10,822 nucleotides of DNA from Phycisphaeraceae bacterium (lineage in GTDB: Bacteria; Planctomycetota; Phycisphaerae; Phycisphaerales; Zrk34). The translations under genes and the position numbers were made by a program. Shown piece by piece: positions 4,923 to 10,822 of this stretch. Position 1 is the stretch's first letter. Every line of letters begins with the position of its first letter. The notes under the pieces are model-generated. The model was not told the DNA's origin, made no database searches, and saw only the letters and a list, made by a program, of their open reading frames with translations. The DNA lies in assembly GCA_028277685.1 (NCBI GenBank), contig JANQFT010000356.1:1-10822 (forward strand), given 5' to 3'.

Positions 4923-5141
4923 TTACCCGATGGCTCGTGCGAGTTGCGCGGCTAAGTGCCGTTTATCGCATCTGCCCTGGAACCTGGCCCCGGTATCCTG
5001 TTGCCCGGCGGATATGCCGTTCGGATAACTCGGGAGCCCGCCGACCGCGCTCTTCAAAAGAGCAAACGCGGCAGACGCGCTGAACAGCATCACGCCGGAT
5101 AGGCGTTCAAGGCATGTCATGTTGTGCTGTGCAGCGTTCAT
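4923..5141 (-). CDS. Hypothetical small protein (72 aa) with a hydrophobic segment (VMLFSASAAFALL); doubtful
   Basis: The ORF track is the only support. The RBS is weak (GAGGcaggtaaccg-ATG) and no homology was recognised. It lies in an otherwise non-coding 900-bp gap. Confidence 0.2.
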   Translation of the reverse strand: MNAAQHNMTCLERLSGVMLFSASAAFALLKSAVGGLPSYPNGISAGQQDTGARFQGRCDKRHLAAQLARAIG

Positions 5142-5687
5142 CGGTTACCTGCCTCAAAGAAGAGGACGTTAAAGTATCAAGGTGGGAAATGTATCGGCGC
5201 AACAGGCGCGATGCAATAACTTTCTTATAGATTGAATCGAAAAAGTTCGTGCGTGCGTTCGTAAGTCTCAAACTTTGAGATTCTGGAGAATTGAGAATCG
5301 CACATGAGTGGTTGGCCCGAAGCATCCGTAAGTGTCAGCCGAAGTAAACGGGAACCGAATGAGCCAGACTTCGTAGTAAAGTGCCTGGTCTGATTGATGC
5401 CTGTCAACGCTGTTGCGGTGTTCCATCACTCCACAATCACATCCGCCGCCCCGTGTGAGCAGCTGCCACGTTCGTTGAACTCTCGGCGCCGATGGTCGAT
5501 GGGTTTTCGTCCTTTACCAGGTTTTGGGCAATGGCCATGACGACGCAGAATCGTATGGATCGCAGTCTTGTCGACAGGGCAGCCGAATTCGCCAGCGGTT
5601 CGTCGCGTGCCCCACAGTCAATTCTCCCCGGCTATGCGGAAGATCAATTCAATACGCTCGTGCGCTGATTCGCAATCGGTGAACCGG

Positions 5688-8126
5688 TTAATCCAAGCGA
5701 AGCACGATGGATGCATCCTGGCCGGGGACGAGGTTCACACGCTGGGTCTGCTTCTTACCGTTTGTGTGGACGGTGACTTCGTGTTCGCCGAAGAACGCGC
5801 GCACGGTGGTTTGACCTTGGGCATTGGTGGTGACTGTCTCATCCGTCCACCAGCGTTTGTAGACCAGGTCAATCCATGCCTGGCCGATCGGTTTGATGGT
5901 CCAGTCGCGCCGCCATAACGCCGCAGTGGGTGCCCAGTGTCGGCCCTCCCAGAAGCCCCACAACTGCACACCCGTCATGCGCGGGTGCGCGAACGCCAGA
6001 ATCACCGAATCGCGCAGCACATCCGCCTGGTATGCCAGCTGATCCGGGTCCCACGCATCGTCGATGCGTACGTCCAGTTCGGTCACCACGATGTCTTTGT
6101 CGTGGCGCGCGACCATGGCATCCCAGATGGCCCACGGCTCGACTTTACCATGCTTGTTCGGTTTGAGGCGATCGACAAAGCCGCTGTGGCCTTGCGTGCC
6201 CAGGCGGTCGATCGGCGCGTTGTTGGCCAACAGGTAGCCCACCCATCCGCCATGTTTCTCGCGGAGTTCAGCCGGCAGGCCGCCGCCGTGGTCGGCCCGC
6301 ACGTTCCATCGCGGTTCCAGGAACGTAAGCTTCACGTTGGGATCGGCCGCGCGGGCCAGGCGATACCATTCGACCATCTCCATCGGGCCGTACATGTCCA
6401 TGAAGTCGCGGTTGCCGCCGGTTTCGTTGGTGACATCCCAGTCGTCGATCAGGCCGTGGAACGTGGTGACGTAGTTGGTCACATGATCGCGCACGATCTG
6501 TTGCAGTTTGACCGGGTCGGTCTTGGCCAGTTTCTTGTATTCATGTGGGGTGTGGTAGATGCTCGGCCAGACGAGCACGTGGCCGCGCGTCTGCAGGCCG
6601 TGCTTGCGCGCCCATTCGAGCAGTTGCTTGGTGTTGGCCTGGCTGAAGGCGTTGGTCTGTCGGTGCTGCACCCACTTCAGTGAATTCTCCGGGCCGACGC
6701 CGTTGAAGTATTTGAGGATCGTTTCGCGATACTTTTTGCCATTTTCGCCCTGGTCGACCCAAACGGGGTTGGCCGTGGCCGTGCCGAACAGGAAGGCGTG
6801 GCGTTGCATGGCCACGTGCACTTTGGCGTTGGGTACGGATTGCTGATTGGCATCGACCACCTGCACGCGCAGATCACCTTTGCGGTACTTCTCGATGCGC
6901 TGCGCCGCTTCGGTGCGCCACGGTGCGTCAGCAGCGCGGCCGAGGTAACTCCAGTTCTTCTTGGGCAGGTGCGCCAGGTTCGACCCCTTGGGGAAGATCA
7001 TCCACGCCACACCGCCGATCTGCACATCCTGCGCCTTGTGGCCAAGCATCATCAGCAGTTCCAGCTTGCCCGGTGGGAAGTCCCACTTGCTGGGGGTGCG
7101 CGTCAGGATGAAGTAGCGCTGCCATTGTTCGGTCAACGCCTTGCGGTCGTGGTAGAAGGTAAGTTGCCGGTGCTTGGGGCCGTCGATCAGCGACTTGATG
7201 AACGGCTGCACCATCGCGCCCTGGCCGTCATCCACCTTCTGCGGCTTCTTCCTGCCCTTCGCCCAGAACGTGACCAGCACGGTGTCACCTTTGTAAATCG
7301 GTTCGCGATTGCGCTGGGCAAGATTGACATGCGCCGGATGCCGATGGCCGCCCGGCACGTGCACCTTGCGGGCATGCTTGAAGGGTTGACCTTCAACCGT
7401 GATCGCCTCGCCGGAGTTTCGCAGTTGCTTCATGGCCTCGGCTTCAGTCCCACCGACCACGAAGTAAGCCGGGCCGATCTTGGTGAATTCCTTCTTCAGG
7501 CTCGCGAAGTAGTCGTTAGCGGGGATGGTCTGCGGTTCGCGCTCGCCCAGGCGCATTTTCTCGAGCGTCGCTTTCTGCTCGGCGGTCAGTTCGCGCTCGG
7601 CGCTGACGGTGATGGTCATGTCCTTCAGGTCGAACGTACCGCTGGATTCCCAGAAGCCGACCATGAACTTCAGGGACGTAGCGCCCAGCGGCACATCCCA
7701 TTCCGCGGTGTACTGCTGCCAGTCGTCCGAAGGATGACAATGGATGACCGGGGGCCTGGCCTTGGGGTGGCTGGGGAAGACCGGTTCGATGCGGCTCATC
7801 TTCCAGCCGGCGTCGCCCTTCTTGAGATCCTTCACGCGCACCCACACGCTGAACTTGAGTTTCGACCACGTCGGCGCCAACGGAAGCGTGGAACCGATGA
7901 TCGAGTGGCCCTGTTTGGCTCGGGTGATGCGGAGGAAGGTCTGGTCGCCTTCGGTGATGACGTTGACCTGCTTGTGAAGCCATTGGGGCACCCCCCAGCC
8001 GCGCGGGTTCTTGAATTGCCCGGCGGTGAACTGGCCCTGCTTGAAGACGTTGGCGTTGTCGGCATGTAGCGATGTGCCCAGCATGAGCAGGGCAATACAG
8101 GCGATTAGCAGACGGTGGTAGGTCAT
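5688..8126 (-). CDS. Secreted glycoside hydrolase family 10 endo-1,4-beta-xylanase with N-terminal carbohydrate-binding-module-like region, 812 aa
   Basis: RBS cAGGAAGaacc-ATG. N-terminal signal peptide MTYHRLLIACIALLMLGTSLHA. The C-terminal catalytic domain carries GH10 signatures: GPENSLKW, GHVLVWPS, WDVTNE (acid/base Glu) and VTELDV (nucleophile Glu). The N-terminal ~180 aa beta-sandwich region resembles xylanase CBM4_9/CBM22-type modules. Confidence 0.85.
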   Translation of the reverse strand: MTYHRLLIACIALLMLGTSLHADNANVFKQGQFTAGQFKNPRGWGVPQWLHKQVNVITEGDQTFLRITRAKQGHSIIGSTLPLAPTWSKLKFSVWVRVKDLKKGDAGWKMSRIEPVFPSHPKARPPVIHCHPSDDWQQYTAEWDVPLGATSLKFMVGFWESSGTFDLKDMTITVSAERELTAEQKATLEKMRLGEREPQTIPANDYFASLKKEFTKIGPAYFVVGGTEAEAMKQLRNSGEAITVEGQPFKHARKVHVPGGHRHPAHVNLAQRNREPIYKGDTVLVTFWAKGRKKPQKVDDGQGAMVQPFIKSLIDGPKHRQLTFYHDRKALTEQWQRYFILTRTPSKWDFPPGKLELLMMLGHKAQDVQIGGVAWMIFPKGSNLAHLPKKNWSYLGRAADAPWRTEAAQRIEKYRKGDLRVQVVDANQQSVPNAKVHVAMQRHAFLFGTATANPVWVDQGENGKKYRETILKYFNGVGPENSLKWVQHRQTNAFSQANTKQLLEWARKHGLQTRGHVLVWPSIYHTPHEYKKLAKTDPVKLQQIVRDHVTNYVTTFHGLIDDWDVTNETGGNRDFMDMYGPMEMVEWYRLARAADPNVKLTFLEPRWNVRADHGGGLPAELREKHGGWVGYLLANNAPIDRLGTQGHSGFVDRLKPNKHGKVEPWAIWDAMVARHDKDIVVTELDVRIDDAWDPDQLAYQADVLRDSVILAFAHPRMTGVQLWGFWEGRHWAPTAALWRRDWTIKPIGQAWIDLVYKRWWTDETVTTNAQGQTTVRAFFGEHEVTVHTNGKKQTQRVNLVPGQDASIVLRLD

Positions 8127-8207
8127 GGTTCTTCCTGTCAGTCAAACGTTTCGTATCGAACATCCTTGCACGCGTGCCGAGCGCAGTCGGCGGCGTGTGA
8201 TTCATCT

Positions 8208-8588
8208 TCAGGTGCGGATAACGCCATCGCCATCCCGAAGGTCTTCTGATGACTGGTTGTCCTTCCACAGGAAGACCTGCCCTTTGATCAGACAGCATTG
8301 GCGGTCGACCGAAGCGATGCGTTGCATCTGCTGATCGCTGAGTGGCGGACTGAGCGCAGCTTCCATATTCGCCAGGTCATTCCGGGGTGTGGTGGAGAAT
8401 GGGATTGGCACCTGACCCCGCTGGATGGCCCACTTCACGCAGAGCGTGGTGGGGTGAAGATCGAGTTCCGCAGCGATCTCAATGAGCACCTGACGGTGAC
8501 CCGGCTGGGGAACATCAAAACTGTTCATCTCGACTGTCCAGTTACCCGGCAGGATGGCTCCAGTCATTTGGCTGGGGTGTGAAGACAT
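8208..8588 (-). pseudogene. C-terminal fragment (~100-125 aa) of an aldo/keto reductase (DkgA/YvgN-like); N-terminal two-thirds missing - gene remnant
   Basis: The translation ...RQVLIEIAAELDLHPTTLCVKWAIQRGQVPIPFSTTPRNDLANMEAALSPPLSDQQMQRIAS... aligns with the AKR C-terminus (…[54 protein letters not shown]…). The ORF is only 127-142 aa, versus ~275-320 aa for a full AKR. The space where the N-terminus should be is occupied by the divergently oriented araC-family gene. Confidence 0.5.
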
Positions 8589-8758
8589 CATGATCTCCGG
8601 CCGAGGCGACGAAGGGCAACGGGCAATGACAAACAACCGCCCCCTGAATGATCGATGATGGAGCCGTGGAACGGAATGACAGGAGTTGACGAGATAATAG
8701 CAATTCTTGACACTGTTTAAGCGACTTACTGACTCCGAAATCGACCCGTGAGTGCGAT

Positions 8759-9622
8759 ATGGCCGAACCCAAGCCCACGCCTGACTTTCTTTCTAAGCAA
8801 GTCCGCGAGGCGCGATACTACTTTCTGGATGCGCCTGGATCATCGCGTGCGCCGCTCCGTGTGATATGCGGTGGATGCGAATACTGTCAACCCGATTACC
8901 GCGTGCAACGCAGAACCTTTGAATATCATTGCATCGAATACGTCATGCGGGGTCGCGGCCATCTCATGCTTGCCGGCAAGCAGTACAAGCTCCGCCCGGG
9001 CATAATGTTCAGCTATGGCCCCGGTATTTCCCATATCATCCGGGCTGACCCGGATGACCCTCCCACCAAGTACTTCGTTGATTTCACCGGACGCGGTGCG
9101 AAGCAACTGCTTCAATCGGCAGACCTTCCCTGTGGTTCGTGCCGAGCGCTGCCTCCCGTCAGCCAAGTCCACGAGTTGATGGAACTGCTGATCAGCAATG
9201 GTTCGCGACAAACACCACAGACCGCCGAGGTTTGCCGAACCTTGCTGCGACTGATCGTACTCAAGATGGGAGAACCTGCGGCGGCTTCTCCCGAAGACCC
9301 CACCGGCGCTCATGAAACATATCTGGCATGCCGAGCAATTCTTGACCAGCACTTCCTCAAGCTGCGATCCCTCGAAGACCTGGCCACCCGTTGCAGCATC
9401 GACCCTGCCTACTTGTGCCGACTGTTCAAACAGTTTGACAGTTGTTCGCCTTACCAGGCGCTGCTTCGCCTGAAGATGAACTACGCGGCCACCGCCCTGA
9501 TTAAATCGGGCCGGCTTGTGAAGCAGGTTGCTCGTGAGGTTGGCTATGAAGATCCCTATCAATTCTCGCGCATCTTCAAACGCGTGCATGGTTCAAGCCC
9601 GAAGGCGTTCATGGATGGCTAG
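8759..9622 (+). CDS. AraC/XylS-family transcriptional regulator (N-terminal cupin-like sensor domain + C-terminal HTH), 287 aa
   Basis: C-terminal AraC-type HTH signature: ...LEDLATRCSIDPAYLCRLFKQF...VAREVGYEDPYQFSRIFKRVHGSSPKAF. The N-terminal ~150 aa matches the AraC ligand-binding fold pattern. It is adjacent to a xylanase gene, which fits a sugar-utilisation regulator. Confidence 0.85.
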   Translation: MAEPKPTPDFLSKQVREARYYFLDAPGSSRAPLRVICGGCEYCQPDYRVQRRTFEYHCIEYVMRGRGHLMLAGKQYKLRPGIMFSYGPGISHIIRADPDDPPTKYFVDFTGRGAKQLLQSADLPCGSCRALPPVSQVHELMELLISNGSRQTPQTAEVCRTLLRLIVLKMGEPAAASPEDPTGAHETYLACRAILDQHFLKLRSLEDLATRCSIDPAYLCRLFKQFDSCSPYQALLRLKMNYAATALIKSGRLVKQVAREVGYEDPYQFSRIFKRVHGSSPKAFMDG

Positions 9623-9761
9623 CGCAGAATCAGCGCGTCCATCGCGCTGTTCCCTAAAGCAGGTCGCCGTACTGACGACACGCGTGTGGCTGATGCAAAG
9701 CATCCTGATCGTTGGATCCGATCCACATTTGAAAGTTGCGTCCTTACCTGCAAACGTGCGT

Positions 9762-10822
9762 CTAGGCTTCGTAAATCCGAATGTTGCTGAACAACACATC
9801 CGTACTGCCGTTGGCATCATCATCCGCCACGAAGACCAGGTTGCTCATGCTGCCGGTGTAGTATTGACCAATATTGATGCGGTAGCGGCGCACACCATCG
9901 GATGTCTGGTAAGCAGACTCACCAATCGATTGCCAACTGCCGGGCTTGGCGTCGCTGCCACCGAGATGCAACACTTTGGCTGGGCCGGTGGCGTAGTTGT
10001 CATCATTGTCCAGGCCGATGCCGATCAGTTCACCGATGTCGGTCGCGCTCAGATCAAACTCGATGATCGTGTTCGCCGTGATGGTGTAGTCGAACGCGGT
10101 CTTCTTCCAGGCATTGCCGGTCAAGTGAACCGTCTGGCTGTTGTCTTCGACCGTTGCGTCAGACGACTGGCCGTTCTGACCGTCCTGTTCACCCGAGTAA
10201 CCAACCAGGCTGTCATCGGTGAACACCAGTGGACCAGCCCCTTCGTGAACACTGACATTGCTGAACTTCACGTTCGCACTGCCATCGGCATCGTCGTCGG
10301 CCACGAAGACCAGATCGCTCATGCTACCGGTGAAGTATTGGCCCAACTGGATGACGTAATGACGCGTCCTTTCGGCACTGGTGTAACCGGATTCTTCGAT
10401 CGCCTGCCAACCCGTGGGCATGCCGTCGCTGCCGCCCAGGTGCAGCACCTTGGCCGGGCCGGTGGTGTAGCTGTCATCGTTGTCCAGGCCGATACCGATC
10501 GCTTCACCGATGTCGCTTGCGTTCAAGTCGAATTCAAGCACGGTCTTGCTGGTGACTTTGTAGTCGAAGGTCGTCTTCTTCCAGGCGTTGCCGGTCAGGT
10601 GGACGGTTGCCCCGCTGTCCTCGACGGTAACGCTGGTGGGCTTACCGTTCTGGCCGTCCTGCGTGGTGGTGTAGCTGCTGAAGGTGGTGCCTGTGAAGTC
10701 GATCTCCCTGTCAGCCGGCTCGTATACCTGGATGTTGCTGAACGATACATCCGCGCTGCCGTTGGCATCATCATCCGCCACGAAGACCAGGTTGCTCATG
10801 CTGCCGGTGTAGTACTGACCGA
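9762..10822 (-). CDS. C-terminal part of a large repeat protein built from ~159-aa tandem repeats (at least two full plus one partial copy in window); continues upstream beyond window end; function unknown (possible secreted beta-sandwich/lectin-like repeat protein)
   Basis: The frame stays open through 10822: the codons upstream of the ORF-track Met read ...GQYYTGS-MSNLVF..., matching the internal repeat junctions. Conserved blocks recur in each repeat: SNLVFVADDDANGS.DV.FSNI.VYE, TVHLTGNAWKKT.FDY, IGIGLDNDD.YTTGPAKVLHLGGSD, GQY(Y/F)TGSM. Stop at 9762. Confidence 0.7.
   Translation of the reverse strand, partial: GQYYTGSMSNLVFVADDDANGSADVSFSNIQVYEPADREIDFTGTTFSSYTTTQDGQNGKPTSVTVEDSGATVHLTGNAWKKTTFDYKVTSKTVLEFDLNASDIGEAIGIGLDNDDSYTTGPAKVLHLGGSDGMPTGWQAIEESGYTSAERTRHYVIQLGQYFTGSMSDLVFVADDDADGSANVKFSNVSVHEGAGPLVFTDDSLVGYSGEQDGQNGQSSDATVEDNSQTVHLTGNAWKKTAFDYTITANTIIEFDLSATDIGELIGIGLDNDDNYATGPAKVLHLGGSDAKPGSWQSIGESAYQTSDGVRRYRINIGQYYTGSMSNLVFVADDDANGSTDVLFSNIRIYEA
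9775..10822. repeat. Intragenic tandem DNA repeats, period 474 and 477 bp (three copies; copies 1 and 3 are the most similar)
   Basis: The motif catgctgccggtgtagta recurs at 9846, 10320 (as catgctaccggtgaagta) and 10797. The flanking ~90-nt blocks (gttgctgaac...catccgccacgaagaccaggttgctcatgctgccggtgtagta) recur at 9781-9863 and 10737-10814. Confidence 0.75.

Noticed and set aside
5937-8298. Long ORFs overlapping the xylanase gene in other frames or on the opposite strand (5937..6683 +, 6798..8069 +, 7516..8298 -, and smaller ones)
   Set aside because: They are fully embedded in the 812-aa minus-strand ORF, which has unambiguous GH10 catalytic motifs, a signal peptide and an RBS. Their translations are Arg/Ala/Gly/Pro-rich with no recognisable domains, which is a typical high-GC shadow-ORF artefact.
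8298-8582. 94-aa plus-strand ORF antisense to the AKR fragment
   Set aside because: It is antisense to a region with clear AKR homology on the minus strand, and it has no RBS or recognisable domain.
1-10822. CRISPR arrays, IS elements/transposases, integrase genes
   Set aside because: No short regularly spaced direct repeats, no terminal inverted repeats flanking an ORF and no recombinase-like ORFs were found. The only repeats are the tRNA paralogs and the intragenic 474/477-bp repeats at 9775..10822.

Overview
High-GC bacterial window. Its first ~4.8 kb is a dense, single-strand (minus) tRNA-gene array with two embedded protein genes. The array holds about 18 tRNA or tRNA-like units with 1-15 nt spacers, continues beyond the window start, and ends at ~4776. 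It reads as an accessory/mobile-type tRNA array rather than a housekeeping tRNA operon. The two embedded genes are an RtcB-family RNA ligase (2026..3258) and an SPFH/band-7 protein (81..1235). All tRNAs were folded by hand from the sequence. Eleven give clean cloverleaves with expected anticodon loops: Trp-CCA, Ala-TGC with G3:U70, Thr-TGT, Asp-GTC, Ile-GAT, Phe-GAA, Val-TAC, two Met-CAT, and others. Several are unusual. Three tightly packed paralogous class-I tRNAs carry anticodons GAG, TAA and CAG, and a fourth carries AAG. All four are Leu-box anticodons on short-variable-arm scaffolds with A73. Three units (Lys-TTT-like, Pro-TGG-like, Arg-ACG-like) have one half that cannot pair with the other, so they look degenerate or chimeric. 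Downstream of the array lie ~900 bp of non-coding DNA with an AT-richer stretch and a doubtful small ORF. Then come a secreted GH10 endo-xylanase with an N-terminal carbohydrate-binding region (5688..8126, minus), a C-terminal aldo/keto-reductase gene remnant, an AraC-family regulator (8759..9622, plus), and the C-terminal part of a large protein built from ~159-aa tandem repeats (474/477-bp DNA period) that runs off the window end. No CRISPR array or transposase was seen. The most interesting hypothesis is that the array plus RtcB is a tRNA-supplement/RNA-repair cargo of the kind that counters anticodon nucleases. It includes non-canonical Leu-codon-reading tRNAs whose charging identity is unclear.
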